This document shows, piece by piece, positions 48,226 through 58,461 of a DNA stretch of 64,000 nt. Both the position numbers and the translations under genes were made by a program. Location of the stretch: the NCBI GenBank assembly GCA_040905565.1, contig JBBDRF010000063.1, forward strand, positions 1 through 64,000, given 5' to 3'. The notes below the pieces were generated by a model, which worked only from the letters and a program-made list of their open reading frames with translations, ran no database searches and was not told the origin of the DNA. The number at the start of each line of letters is the position of its first letter. Positions within the stretch are counted from its first letter, which is position 1. Origin of the DNA: Phycisphaeraceae bacterium (GTDB lineage: Bacteria > Planctomycetota > Phycisphaerae > Phycisphaerales > Zrk34).

Positions 48226-50417
48226 ACCTGCATCGCTTCATCGAAAACGACATCATGCACGTGCAGTTCAACTGTGCCGACCGGCCGGTGAATACGATCA
48301 GCCCGAAGGTACTCGATGAACTGGACGACATTGTCAGCAAGCTTGAGCGTGGCGAGGAGAAACCCCGCAGCGTGATCTTCGAATCCGGCAAGGCCGGGAC
48401 GTTCATCACCGGCGCTGACCTGTTCGCCATGCGTGAGATGGACGATGCCGAGGTGGCAAGTTTCATCGAACGCGGGCAGCAACTGTTCCATCGCATCAGC
48501 TTGCTGCCGATGGCGCGGGTCGCCGCGATCAACGGGCAGTGCCTCGGCGGCGGACTTGAACTGGCGCTGGCCTGCACGCACCGCGTCGCAGCGGACGACG
48601 GATCGATCACGATCGGCTTGCCCGAGGTGAAGCTCGGCATCCTGCCCGGCTGGGGAGGATCAACGCGCCTGCCACGCTTGATCGGTCTCACGCGCTCCCT
48701 GCCGTTGCTGCTGACGGGTAAGACGCTGGCGCCTCGGAAGGCGCAATCGCTCGGTGTGATCGACGAGGTCGTGCCGCCTGAAGCGCTGGGGCATGCCGCG
48801 GAACGTCTGGCTCTACAAAAGCGGCGGGACGGCAGCAAGATCTCTCAAACCGACCGTGCCATCGCCCGGTTCAATCCGCTCCGCAATGCAGCGATGAAGC
48901 GGGCGCGTGCCCAGACGCTTGCGACGACACACGGCAACTATCCCGCGCCTGAGGCCGTTCTCGACGTGGTCGAAATCGGCATGCGTGACGGCGTCGAGGC
49001 TGGGCTACGGGCGGAGCGTGAGGCCTTGCAGCGGCTGGTGAAGACCGATGCGTGTCGTAACCTCATGCGGCTGTTCTTCCTGCGGCAGGAGTCCAAACGT
49101 GCCGTGCGAGAGAAGCTCAAGGCTGAGCCGCGCGACGTGAAACGAGTCGCCGTGGTCGGCGGCGGCGTGATGGGCTCGGGCATCGTGCACGCGCTGGTAA
49201 GCGCCGACGTGGATGTCCGCCTCATCGAGATCGAAGCCAAGCAGATGTCCGCGGCCCTGACCCGTGTGAAGAAGCAACTCGATGCGGATCTCAAGAGCAA
49301 ACGCATCTCTCCCGTTCAGGCCAAGCGCGCGATGCATCGGGTGAGCCCGTCGCTGACTTTCACGGGCTTGGGTCGGGTGGACTTCGTCATCGAAGCGGTG
49401 CTCGAACGGCCTGCGGTGAAGCGCGATGTTTTTGATCTGCTCGACGGCATCGTTCGGCCGGACGCGGTGCTGGCCTCGAACACCAGCTCGCTGAACCTGA
49501 CGGAACTGGCGGAGGCGACGGCTCATCCGGGGCGGGTGATGGGGATGCACTTTTTCAACCCGGTGCCGAAGATGCCGTTGCTTGAGGTCGTGCGGACGCC
49601 GCTGAGTGACGACGCAGCCCTGGCGACGGGCGTGGCGCTCGGGCAGCGGATCGGCAAGACGCCGATTCTTGTCGACGACGGCCCGGGTTTCCTGGTCAAC
49701 CGCGTGCTGATTCCGTACCTGGCCGAGGCGATCGTCCTGGCTTCGGAGGGCGCGCCGATCAATGAAGTTGATCGCGTGATGAAGCGGTGGGGCATGCCGA
49801 TGGGCCCGTTCGAATTGCTCGATCAGGTCGGCCTCGATGTGAGCGTGGACATCTTCCGCTCGCTGGGTTCGAGGCTGGGCGATCACCTGCCGCAGGTGCC
49901 GAACTTTGAGCAGGTGGTCGACCAGGGCTGGCGCGGCCGCAAGAGTGGCGAAGGCTTTTACCGGTACGGCAGCCGGTGGTGGGGCGGTAAAGCGGAGCCG
50001 CGCGTGAACACGAAAATGCTCGCGCTGCTTGGGGCGAAGGGCAAGCAGGCGACGGTCGATGAACGCACACCCGCACGCCTGGTGCTGCCGATGGTGAACG
50101 AGGCCGCCCGGGTGCTGGAGGAAGGCGTGACCGATTCGACCGACACGATCGACCTGGCCACGGTGCTGGGCCTGGGGTGGGCGCCATTCCGAGGCGGCTT
50201 GGCGCGATGGGCGGAAGCGGAAGGCCTCAGCAAGATCGTCAAGCAGATGGATGACCTGACGAGTCGGCATGGTGAACGCTTCCGGGCCACGCGGCTGCTG
50301 CGGCAGGTGGCCGAGGCAGGCGAACCGCTGCAGGCGATTGTCGAGCATCGGCCGGCACCAGTGCGGACCCACCAGACGCGCACGGATCGTCTGTCGCATC
50401 CCGTCCGTCACGATTGA
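48222..50417 (+). CDS. Enoyl-CoA hydratase/3-hydroxyacyl-CoA dehydrogenase (FadJ/FadB-like)
   Basis: GADL, GGGLELALAC, GLPEVKLG, GGGVMGSG, SNTSSL, MHFFNP. Confidence 0.92.
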   Translation: MNLHRFIENDIMHVQFNCADRPVNTISPKVLDELDDIVSKLERGEEKPRSVIFESGKAGTFITGADLFAMREMDDAEVASFIERGQQLFHRISLLPMARVAAINGQCLGGGLELALACTHRVAADDGSITIGLPEVKLGILPGWGGSTRLPRLIGLTRSLPLLLTGKTLAPRKAQSLGVIDEVVPPEALGHAAERLALQKRRDGSKISQTDRAIARFNPLRNAAMKRARAQTLATTHGNYPAPEAVLDVVEIGMRDGVEAGLRAEREALQRLVKTDACRNLMRLFFLRQESKRAVREKLKAEPRDVKRVAVVGGGVMGSGIVHALVSADVDVRLIEIEAKQMSAALTRVKKQLDADLKSKRISPVQAKRAMHRVSPSLTFTGLGRVDFVIEAVLERPAVKRDVFDLLDGIVRPDAVLASNTSSLNLTELAEATAHPGRVMGMHFFNPVPKMPLLEVVRTPLSDDAALATGVALGQRIGKTPILVDDGPGFLVNRVLIPYLAEAIVLASEGAPINEVDRVMKRWGMPMGPFELLDQVGLDVSVDIFRSLGSRLGDHLPQVPNFEQVVDQGWRGRKSGEGFYRYGSRWWGGKAEPRVNTKMLALLGAKGKQATVDERTPARLVLPMVNEAARVLEEGVTDSTDTIDLATVLGLGWAPFRGGLARWAEAEGLSKIVKQMDDLTSRHGERFRATRLLRQVAEAGEPLQAIVEHRPAPVRTHQTRTDRLSHPVRHD

Positions 50418-50438
50418 ACAGAAGAAAGCGAGGTCTTG

Positions 50439-52238
50439 ATGGTCACGCTCAGCAAACAAGATCAGCGCGAGATGGATAAGGCGAAAGATCTGCTCGAAAC
50501 CGCCAGCGAGACGGGCTTCGTGCGCTCGCTGTTTTTCGGTCGACTCGATATGCAGAAGTTGCTGCCTTATCCGAAGCAGGATGCAGCCGAGGCAGCGCGC
50601 GTTGACGCGCTGCTTGAAGCGGTCGATGCGTTCATGGATGAACACGTGGATCCCGACCGCATTGATGCGGAGGAGCGCATCCCCGACGCCGTCATCCGTG
50701 GGCTGGGTGAACTCGGTGTGATGGGCCTGACCGTGCCGAGCGAATACGGCGGCGGAGGGTTCAGCCATACCGCTTACTGTCAGGTGCTTGAACGCATCAG
50801 CAGACGCTGCGCCTCGACGGCGGTGCTGGTCGGCGCGCACCAATCCATCGGGCTGAAGGCGTTGGTGTTGATGGGCAGCGAGGAGCAGAAGCGCCGCTGG
50901 CTGCCGGAGCTGGCGGGCGGTCGCACGCTTGCGGCTTTCTGTTTGAGTGAACCCGAGGTCGGGTCCGATGCAGCCGGCGTGCAGACGCGCGCCACGCTCA
51001 GCGAAGACGGCTCGCATTGGATCATCAACGGCGAGAAACGCTATGCCACCAATGCCGCGCTGGCGGGGTTCCTCACGGTGATGGCGCGGACGCAGATTGA
51101 GGAAAACGGCGAGAAGAAGGATAAGGTGACCGCGTTCATCGTGACGCCGGACATGCCCGGCTTCGAGATCGTCAGCCCCAACCGCAGCAAGTGCGGCATC
51201 CGGGGGACGTGGCAGGGCACGCTGAAGTTCAACGACATGCGCGTGCCGCGTGAGAACGTGCTCGGCGGCGTGGGCAAGGGGCTCAAACTCGCACTCACCG
51301 TACTCAACTACGGCCGCTGCACGCTGAGCGCGGGGTGTCTGGGCGGCGCGAAGGTGGGGCTGGAACGGGCGGTCGAGCGGGCACGCAGCCGTCAGCAGTT
51401 CGGCAGGCCGATCGGCAAGTTTCACCTCATCAAACAGAAGATCGCGCAGATGGCGGAAACGGTCTACGCCATGGACGCCCTGACATATCTCGCAGCAGGG
51501 TTGGTCGATCGCCACGAGGACGACCTGATGCTCGAAACGGCGACGTGCAAACTGTTCGCGTCGGAGATGGCGTGGCAGGTGGCCGACGACGCGGTGCAGA
51601 TATGGGGCGGCGAAGGGTACATGCGCGAGCACGGCCTGGAGCGGATGCTGCGCGATGCGCGGATCAATCGCATTGTCGAAGGCACGAGCGAAGTCATGAC
51701 GGCCTTCATCGCGCTCATGGGCATGAAGGGGGTTGGCGAGGAGTTCGAAGCGATCCTGCAAGCGGCAAAAAATCCGATCGGCAACTTCGGACGTATCGCG
51801 GATTTCGCCCGGCATGAGTGGCGTGACGTGATCGTCGGGCACGCTGGCAACGGCGCGACGCGCATGTTGCATCCGAAGCTGGCGGAGGAAGGGCGGCTGC
51901 TGGCGAAGCTGACACGCCAATTGGCCCGCGATGTGAGTCGTCTCCTCGCCCGGCATCGCACGGACATCATCGAGCAGCAGATGTTGCTCGGCCGTGTGAC
52001 CTGGGCCGTGACCGAGATGTACGCCATGGCTGCTGTGCTGGCGAAGCTTCAGGCGAAACTTGAGGCGGCCGATGCCGATGGCCGGGGCACGGCTGAGGAA
52101 CTTCAGCGAGAACTTACGATCGGGCGCGGCTATTGCCAGCATGCCCATCAGCGCATCGAGCAGCGGCTTGCGTCGCTTTCGCGCAACGGCGATGAGGCGA
52201 CGCAGAAGGTTGCCGACGCGGTGCTCGGGCCGCTTTGA
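50439..52238 (+). CDS. Acyl-CoA dehydrogenase (long, ACAD9/VLCAD-like)
   Basis: FCLSEPEVGSD, NGEK, R.QFGRPI, QIWGGEGY, RI.EGTSE. Confidence 0.9.
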   Translation: MVTLSKQDQREMDKAKDLLETASETGFVRSLFFGRLDMQKLLPYPKQDAAEAARVDALLEAVDAFMDEHVDPDRIDAEERIPDAVIRGLGELGVMGLTVPSEYGGGGFSHTAYCQVLERISRRCASTAVLVGAHQSIGLKALVLMGSEEQKRRWLPELAGGRTLAAFCLSEPEVGSDAAGVQTRATLSEDGSHWIINGEKRYATNAALAGFLTVMARTQIEENGEKKDKVTAFIVTPDMPGFEIVSPNRSKCGIRGTWQGTLKFNDMRVPRENVLGGVGKGLKLALTVLNYGRCTLSAGCLGGAKVGLERAVERARSRQQFGRPIGKFHLIKQKIAQMAETVYAMDALTYLAAGLVDRHEDDLMLETATCKLFASEMAWQVADDAVQIWGGEGYMREHGLERMLRDARINRIVEGTSEVMTAFIALMGMKGVGEEFEAILQAAKNPIGNFGRIADFARHEWRDVIVGHAGNGATRMLHPKLAEEGRLLAKLTRQLARDVSRLLARHRTDIIEQQMLLGRVTWAVTEMYAMAAVLAKLQAKLEAADADGRGTAEELQRELTIGRGYCQHAHQRIEQRLASLSRNGDEATQKVADAVLGPL

Positions 52239-52318
52239 GGTGTAAGCGAGGCGACGGCTGGAGAAAATAAACTTCGGCTGCGGTGGATTCGTGGGGGTAA
52301 AGCGGGCAGGATGCTTGC

Positions 52319-53722
52319 ATGAGCAGCGAAGTGTTCGAAAGATCGGTGGAGCTTCCGGTGTCGGCTGAGCAGGCTTTTGCCTGGCATGAGCGGGAGGGGG
52401 CGTTGCCGCGTCTGACGCCGCCATGGGAGCAGATTGAGCTGGAGAAACGTGAGGGCACGATTAGCGATGGCGATCGCACCACGCTGCGGATGCGCGTGGG
52501 CCCGACATGGCAGCGGTGGGTGGCGGAGCATCGGGATTATCAGCCGGGCCGTTGCTTTCGCGATGTGCAGATCAGCGGGCCGTTCACCAAGTGGGAGCAT
52601 GAGCATCGTTTTGAGCCGATCGATGCGCAGCGCTGCCGCATGATCGATCGCATCGAGTACGTGGCCCCGGGCGGCCGAATCGGGCAATGGCTCGGTCACG
52701 GCGCGATCGCGAGGAAGCTGGCGAAGACCTTCGCGTGGCGGCATCGCACGCTGGCTAACGATCTTCATCAGCAGAAGCGCTACGCCGACCGTTCGCCGCT
52801 GACCGTTGCGATGACGGGCGCAAGCGGGTTGGTCGGATCAGCGATGACGACGCTGCTTACGACGGCGGGGCACCGGGTGCGGCCGATGGTCCGGCGTGCG
52901 ACGGATGATCCTCAAGCGATTGTGTGGAACACGCGAGAGGGGGTGGTCGATCCGCAGCAGATGGCCGACGTGGATGCGGTGATTCACCTGGCTGGCGAGA
53001 GCTTGATGGGACGGTGGACGGCGAAGAAGAAGCAGGCGATTCGTGACAGCCGCGTGGCCGGGACGCAGGCGCTGGTGCGATCCTTGGAGCGGGCGGAACC
53101 GCGGCCGCGGACGCTGCTTTCGACCTCGGCACTCGGCTTCTACGGCGACCGTGGCGATGAGCCGATGGACGAATCTAAGGGCCCCGGCGAAGGCTTCCTC
53201 GTGGAGGTGGCGCAGGGGTGGGAAGCGGCGGCGATGCAGGCGGAAACGCTGGGGTTGCGGGTGGCGCTCATGCGGCTGGGCGTGGTGCTGACGCCGCGCG
53301 GTGCGGCCCTGAAGACGATGCTGACGCCGTTCAGAATGGGCGGCGGAGGCGTGATTGGCTCAGGCGATCAGGTGATGAGTTGGGTGAGCCTCGACGACGT
53401 GCTCGGCGCGTTCTACCACGCGTTGATGCAGGACGACGTGGCTGGGCCCGTGAATGTGAACGCGCCGAACACGGTGACGAATCGTGTCTTCACAAAGACG
53501 CTAGGCAACGTGATCCATCGGCCGACGTTCATCCCCGTCCCCGCGGCGATGATCCGTACCATGATGGGGGAGATGGGGCAGGAGATGCTGCTTTCCAGCA
53601 CGAACATGCAGCCGACGCGACTGACGCAGACGGGGTACGACTTTCGTGATCCGCAACTTGAGCCGGCGCTGCGATGGATGCTCGGCCGCGGCATCCCGCC
53701 TCGTGGTGAACGCGAAGGCTGA
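52319..53722 (+). CDS. SRPBCC domain fused to TIGR01777/YfcH-type NAD-binding epimerase
   Basis: LTPPW, GPF..W.H.H; TGASGLVG, HLAGE, GSGDQ.MSW. Confidence 0.85.
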   Translation: MSSEVFERSVELPVSAEQAFAWHEREGALPRLTPPWEQIELEKREGTISDGDRTTLRMRVGPTWQRWVAEHRDYQPGRCFRDVQISGPFTKWEHEHRFEPIDAQRCRMIDRIEYVAPGGRIGQWLGHGAIARKLAKTFAWRHRTLANDLHQQKRYADRSPLTVAMTGASGLVGSAMTTLLTTAGHRVRPMVRRATDDPQAIVWNTREGVVDPQQMADVDAVIHLAGESLMGRWTAKKKQAIRDSRVAGTQALVRSLERAEPRPRTLLSTSALGFYGDRGDEPMDESKGPGEGFLVEVAQGWEAAAMQAETLGLRVALMRLGVVLTPRGAALKTMLTPFRMGGGGVIGSGDQVMSWVSLDDVLGAFYHALMQDDVAGPVNVNAPNTVTNRVFTKTLGNVIHRPTFIPVPAAMIRTMMGEMGQEMLLSSTNMQPTRLTQTGYDFRDPQLEPALRWMLGRGIPPRGEREG

Positions 53723-53727
53723 GGCGG

Positions 53728-54417
53728 TTACGCCTGCCCATAGACGGGGACGAGGGCGCCGCTGGTGAGTTGATTGGCCGGGCTGACGAGGAAGGCGATA
53801 ATCTCGGCGATGTCGTCGGGCTTGGGCCAGGTGGCGTGGTCGGCGTCGGGCATGGCTTTGCGGTTGGCGGGGGTGTCGATCACCGAGGGCAGCACGGCAT
53901 TGACCAGAATGCGCCGACGCTTGAGTTCCTGCGCCAATGTCTGCGTCATTGAAGCGACCGCCGACTTGGCTGCGGCGTAGGCGGTGAGTTGTGCCGCCGG
54001 CTGCACGACCGGACGGGCTGCGACGTTCACGATGCGACCCGCGCCCTGCATCTGTCGAGCGGCCTCGCGGCAGCAGAGGAAGCAGGTAACGGCATTCGCG
54101 TCGAACATCTCGCGGAATTCCTGCAACGTCGTCCGGCCGATGCTGTTCATGGCAAAGCCGCCGGCAACCTGCACCGAAGCCCACAGGTCTTCGACCTCCG
54201 CGTAGAGCTCACGCACCGCATCTTCGTCGGTGCAGTCGACATGATGCATCCGCACACGGTGATGGGCGCGCAGATCGAACGTTTCAAGATCGTCCTCACG
54301 CCGCCAGGTCACATGGCAGTGAGCGCCGGCGTCGACCAGCCTCTGAACGACGGCGGACCCGAGCGCGCCGGTGCCGCCGGTCACGACGATGCTGCGATCG
54401 CTGAACGGCTTGTCCAT
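53728..54417 (-). CDS. Short-chain dehydrogenase/reductase
   Basis: TGGTGALG, YAAAK, VNAVLPS.IDTP.NR. Confidence 0.88.
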   Translation of the reverse strand: MDKPFSDRSIVVTGGTGALGSAVVQRLVDAGAHCHVTWRREDDLETFDLRAHHRVRMHHVDCTDEDAVRELYAEVEDLWASVQVAGGFAMNSIGRTTLQEFREMFDANAVTCFLCCREAARQMQGAGRIVNVAARPVVQPAAQLTAYAAAKSAVASMTQTLAQELKRRRILVNAVLPSVIDTPANRKAMPDADHATWPKPDDIAEIIAFLVSPANQLTSGALVPVYGQA

Positions 54418-54467
54418 GATCGGAACCTCCGTAACAAGGTCACGTGCTCAACACGCTCGCGGAGCGT

Positions 54468-55088
54468 TTACGAGCCGAGCTTCACCGTCGGTGCTACCTG
54501 CTTGAGCACAGGAATGGTCGCGTCAACGGCTTCGGTCTGCCCGCTGATGCGGAAGAACCAGGTCTGATCCTCAGCGGTATCGGGCAAAACGATGGCGACA
54601 ATCTTGCGGTTGTCGCTGCCCTCGATCTCAGCCAGCAGAGCGTTATGACCGTCGATCTCCATCTCGGTGAGGAGTTCGCCGAGGGCCTCTTCACTCTGGA
54701 CGGGGGGCGCGCCGACCTGCTGGCACCAGCGGTTGACGTTGGCGAGGACGCCGCCGACGTCGCCGGGGAACCGCGTCACGGCAATCTCGGTTGCGTCGGA
54801 GGTCTCACTTCCGTCGACGATGGTGGCGAAGCGCATGCCGCTGCCGTCTTCCGTGGTCCAGGGTTCGGGCGTGCTCCACGCAATGCCGTCGCCTTCCCAA
54901 GGCACCATTTCCACATCGGCCTCAGGTTCCGCCTCAGCAGCCGTGTCGGGTTCCGCTGCGGCCAGCGCGACGTCTGCGTCAGCATCTTCGTCGACGTTGC
55001 GTACTTGCGTCTCGGTCTCACCGCATGCGGTGGTGAACAGCAGTGCAGCCGTGCAAAGGGCGAAAAACATCAAGCGGTCGTAGGACAT
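54468..55088 (-). CDS. Hypothetical lipoprotein
   Basis: Lipobox-like TTAC; W.TP..W, GMRFAT, LANVNRW, TWFFR. Confidence 0.7.
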   Translation of the reverse strand: MSYDRLMFFALCTAALLFTTACGETETQVRNVDEDADADVALAAAEPDTAAEAEPEADVEMVPWEGDGIAWSTPEPWTTEDGSGMRFATIVDGSETSDATEIAVTRFPGDVGGVLANVNRWCQQVGAPPVQSEEALGELLTEMEIDGHNALLAEIEGSDNRKIVAIVLPDTAEDQTWFFRISGQTEAVDATIPVLKQVAPTVKLGS

Positions 55089-55189
55089 ATCGGCTTCCTT
55101 CAAAGCGGAACATTGTGATCATTCGTGGTGTGACAGTTGAACATAACGCGCCGTCGGCGTCGAATCGAGCGACGGTGGCGCGCGAAGCT

Positions 55190-55678
55190 TCAGGCGGGAC
55201 GTACTTTGATTTCCATGCCCTGGATGCGGGTGACTTTCACGCGTGTGCCTGCGAGGATGACGCCGCCTTCGGAGAAGCATTCGATGCGTTTGCCGTCGAT
55301 GCGCACCGAGCCGACGGGCCGCAGGTCCGTCTCCGCCAGCCCCTCAAGGCCGACCAGTTCCGAGCCGGATCGGGAAACATTGCGATCATAGGTGATGCTG
55401 CCCGCCCGCTGTGAGGTGCTGAGCATGGTCGCTCGGCCGGCGGGCGTGTGCGGAAAGACCTTGATCGCCCCGGCGGCGAGAATCGGAAGTACGACCAGCG
55501 TCATCACCACGCCCGTCAGGCCGGCTGTCACGTCGATCAGAAACAGGCACACCAGTCCACCGACCAGGCTGACGGCGGCGAAGGCGGCGATGAGCCCGCC
55601 GCTGGGAATGAACAACTCCGCGAGCAGCAGCAGCAGGGCGAGAAGGATCAGGATCGTGGCCCAGATGGCGAGGGTCAT
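55190..55678 (-). CDS. NfeD-family protein, short (membrane plus OB-fold)
   Basis: AELFIPSGG; G.AETDLRP.G. Confidence 0.85.
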   Translation of the reverse strand: MTLAIWATILILLALLLLLAELFIPSGGLIAAFAAVSLVGGLVCLFLIDVTAGLTGVVMTLVVLPILAAGAIKVFPHTPAGRATMLSTSQRAGSITYDRNVSRSGSELVGLEGLAETDLRPVGSVRIDGKRIECFSEGGVILAGTRVKVTRIQGMEIKVRPA

Positions 55679-55687
55679 ACGCAGTTC

Positions 55688-57448
55688 TCAAGCTTCTTCG
55701 ACGACGATGCGGTTTCCACGAATCTCCACGATCCGCACGTTCTGCCCGACCTCCACCCAACGGCCCCCCGTCACCACGTCGACAATCTGCCCGTCGATCT
55801 CCACCCGTCCCGCAGGCCTGAGGCCTGTCAACGCCCGGCCGATCACACCTTCCCGCACCGCCTGACCGGGGGGCGGGGCAGCGGCGGCTGTCTCCTCGGG
55901 CATGTCGGTCGCCGCGCCCCGCGCGTAGGTCTGCGATTCGGCGCGCGCCGAGGCGGGGGGGACGGAAGTGGTGGGGGAGGTTGTTGGCGCGTCGACGGTG
56001 CCCTCAAGCACCAGACGGCGGAAGAAGGGGACACGCTCGATGTTTCGCGAGATGAAGTAGCCAGCAATGCCCGTCACGATGATCGCGATGAGCAGGACAC
56101 TGACGCCTTGCCGCAGCCCGTCCCAGGTGGCGTCGAGCGCGGGCAGCCAGCCGGGCTCGGGATCAGGCGGGACGAAGGTCATCAGGAAACCGGTGAGCAC
56201 CATCAGCACGCCGAGTATTCCCGCCACGCCGATGCCGGGTATCAGGAACAGTTCGACGGCGATGAGGATCAGTCCGCCTGCGATGATCAGCACCGCGGTC
56301 ATGTCGGCGAGGCCGGCGATGAAGGGGCCGCCGACCATCAGCAGCAGGGCCACAACCGCCACGGCACCGGGCAGGCCAAGGCCGGGCGATTGCAGTTCCA
56401 TGTACCCGCCGAGCAACAGCAGGATCAGCAGGATGGCGCGGACGCCGGGCGAGACCAGCAGGTTCGCCAGGTCCTCACTCCACGACATCTCCAGGCGGAC
56501 GAAGGTTTCCGCTGTCGCGCCCGTGAGCGCCATCAGGGCGCTGTCGTCGGCAATGATCTGGCTGGCGAAGCCGTAGGCGATGGCTTCATCCTGGCTGAGC
56601 GTCACGAGGGTGTTGGCGGGGTTGACCAACTGAACGATGCGCCAGTCGCCTTCGACTTCCGCTTGAAGAGTCTGGTTCGCTTCGGGCTGAGATGTTTCGG
56701 CTTCGGGATCGGCTTCCACGGCGGCATCATCGACCTGCATCGTCAGCGACCCGAACGGAGTGGGCTGCTGATCCTGCTGGGGCTGCGGTGGGGCTGGCGC
56801 GGGAGGCGGGGTGTAATCGCCGCGTGGCGACTCGAGGCCGTAGATGGGCAACTCGGTGGAGTAGACGTATTCGATGTCGCCGGTGTCGACGTTTTCGATC
56901 TGGTAGATCGCGGGGCCGAGGCGGACCATGCCTTCGGTGAGGATGACGGGGTAGCCGTTACGCAAGGCGGAGTCGCGGAACTCTTCGAGAATCGGCGATT
57001 CTTGCTTCGCCCGCTCGGTTCCCTCGAGCTGTTGGCCGGGCATGATCGGAGCGGCGTCGCCGATGCGCGAACGTTCGGCCATGACGATGCCGTCGGCGGC
57101 GACGGAGATGATCGCGCCGGCGGAGATGGCCTTGTCGTTGACCCATGCGAGGGTTTCGGTGCGGACGTTTTTGATGAACGTGCTGATTTCGAGCGCGCTG
57201 GTGACCAGGCCGCCGTACGTGTCGATCTCGTAGACGATCAGGTCAGCCCCGGCTTCCTCCGCCATCTCGGTCCGCCGCTGCATGCTCATCAGCATCACGT
57301 CGGAGATAAGCCCCTCGACGGGGATGACGTAGACGAGGCGGCCGTCAGTGGGCTCCGCCGTTTCGTTCGTCGGTTGCACGTTGCCGATGGCGAATGAAAC
57401 GCCGAGCAACAGTGCCACCAACCCGAGATAAAGATGTCGCAAACGCAT
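55688..57448 (-). CDS. NfeD-family membrane-bound ClpP-class serine protease, long form
   Basis: IDTYGG.V, AISAGA, IGDAAP, EL..PG.G..G, ELFLIPG.G, LRPAG. Confidence 0.85.
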   Translation of the reverse strand: MRLRHLYLGLVALLLGVSFAIGNVQPTNETAEPTDGRLVYVIPVEGLISDVMLMSMQRRTEMAEEAGADLIVYEIDTYGGLVTSALEISTFIKNVRTETLAWVNDKAISAGAIISVAADGIVMAERSRIGDAAPIMPGQQLEGTERAKQESPILEEFRDSALRNGYPVILTEGMVRLGPAIYQIENVDTGDIEYVYSTELPIYGLESPRGDYTPPPAPAPPQPQQDQQPTPFGSLTMQVDDAAVEADPEAETSQPEANQTLQAEVEGDWRIVQLVNPANTLVTLSQDEAIAYGFASQIIADDSALMALTGATAETFVRLEMSWSEDLANLLVSPGVRAILLILLLLGGYMELQSPGLGLPGAVAVVALLLMVGGPFIAGLADMTAVLIIAGGLILIAVELFLIPGIGVAGILGVLMVLTGFLMTFVPPDPEPGWLPALDATWDGLRQGVSVLLIAIIVTGIAGYFISRNIERVPFFRRLVLEGTVDAPTTSPTTSVPPASARAESQTYARGAATDMPEETAAAAPPPGQAVREGVIGRALTGLRPAGRVEIDGQIVDVVTGGRWVEVGQNVRIVEIRGNRIVVEEA

Positions 57449-57528
57449 GGTGATCCATTATACCCCCGTCGCACCGCTGTGCCGGGGATGCGACGTCGAC
57501 CGGGCAACAGCGGCGACTCCGATCGTGC

Positions 57529-58455
57529 TCACTCGCTTGAATCGCGCCAGAGCCAGCGGAGTGAATCGGGAAGGATAACGCCGCCGTGCTTGCCGTTATG
57601 GCCACCTTCGCCGCCGACGAATTTGTAGTCGTAGTCGGCGAACGCCAGGGCCGCTTCCATCTGCAGGTTGCCCAGCCACCAGTTGCCGTGCTGGTTGTCC
57701 AGATCGTTTGAGCCGTCCTGAAGGAAGACGCGGATGGGGCGCTTTTCGGCTTTGCGGATGAGGGCGGGGTAGTTATGGCCGCCACGGATGTTGGTGAACG
57801 AGCCGACGTGGCTGAGCACCTTGCCGAACGCGTCGGGCCGTTCCCACGCGACGGTGAAGGCGCAGATACCGCCTGAACTGATGCCGCCGATCGCCCGCAT
57901 TTCAGGATCCTCGCTGAGGCGGTACGTCTCGGTCACCTCGGGCAGAAGCTCATCGATCAGGAAGGTGGCGTAGTCGGCGGAGAGCGTGTCGTATTCGACG
58001 CTGCGATTGTTCGGCTGAGCAGCCCAGCCACGTTTTTCGGGCAGTTCGTCGCCACGCTGGCCGGGGTTGATGAAGACCGCGATGGTGACGGGCATTTCGC
58101 CTGCGTGGATAAGGTTGTCCAGCACGATGGGCGTCCGGAAATCCCCGGTCTCACTGACGTAGGCGTGGCCGTCCTGAAAGACCATCAGTGCTGCGGGCTC
58201 GGAGCCGTCGTACTGATCGGGCACGTAAACCCAGTACCGCCGGATGGTGCCGCCCCACGCATCGCTGCTGTGGAAGACGTGTTCAGTGATGGTGCCGCGG
58301 GGGACGTTTTCGTGACGCTGCGAATCAATGCCGAACTCATACGAGGGTTCCTCAGCTTCGGCCAACCCTGCAAATCCGATGAAAACACCCAGCACCACGG
58401 CGGCCAAGACACAACTTCGCATTCCACGCATCGTCACTCTCCAATGTTTGATCAC
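57529..58455 (-). CDS. Secreted putative esterase (enterochelin esterase-like)
   Basis: VFQDG, NRSVEYD, GGISSGG (GxSxG), DLDN.HGNW; true start probably near 58422-58431. Confidence 0.8.
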   Translation of the reverse strand: MIKHWRVTMRGMRSCVLAAVVLGVFIGFAGLAEAEEPSYEFGIDSQRHENVPRGTITEHVFHSSDAWGGTIRRYWVYVPDQYDGSEPAALMVFQDGHAYVSETGDFRTPIVLDNLIHAGEMPVTIAVFINPGQRGDELPEKRGWAAQPNNRSVEYDTLSADYATFLIDELLPEVTETYRLSEDPEMRAIGGISSGGICAFTVAWERPDAFGKVLSHVGSFTNIRGGHNYPALIRKAEKRPIRVFLQDGSNDLDNQHGNWWLGNLQMEAALAFADYDYKFVGGEGGHNGKHGGVILPDSLRWLWRDSSE

Positions 58456-58461
58456 TGCAGT

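Noticed and set aside
49005..52424. Very long antisense ORFs (1139 aa here; also 6063-8519, 55448-57397, 12358-13941)
   Set aside because: Shadow frames of well-supported genes in high-GC DNA, with no recognisable motifs
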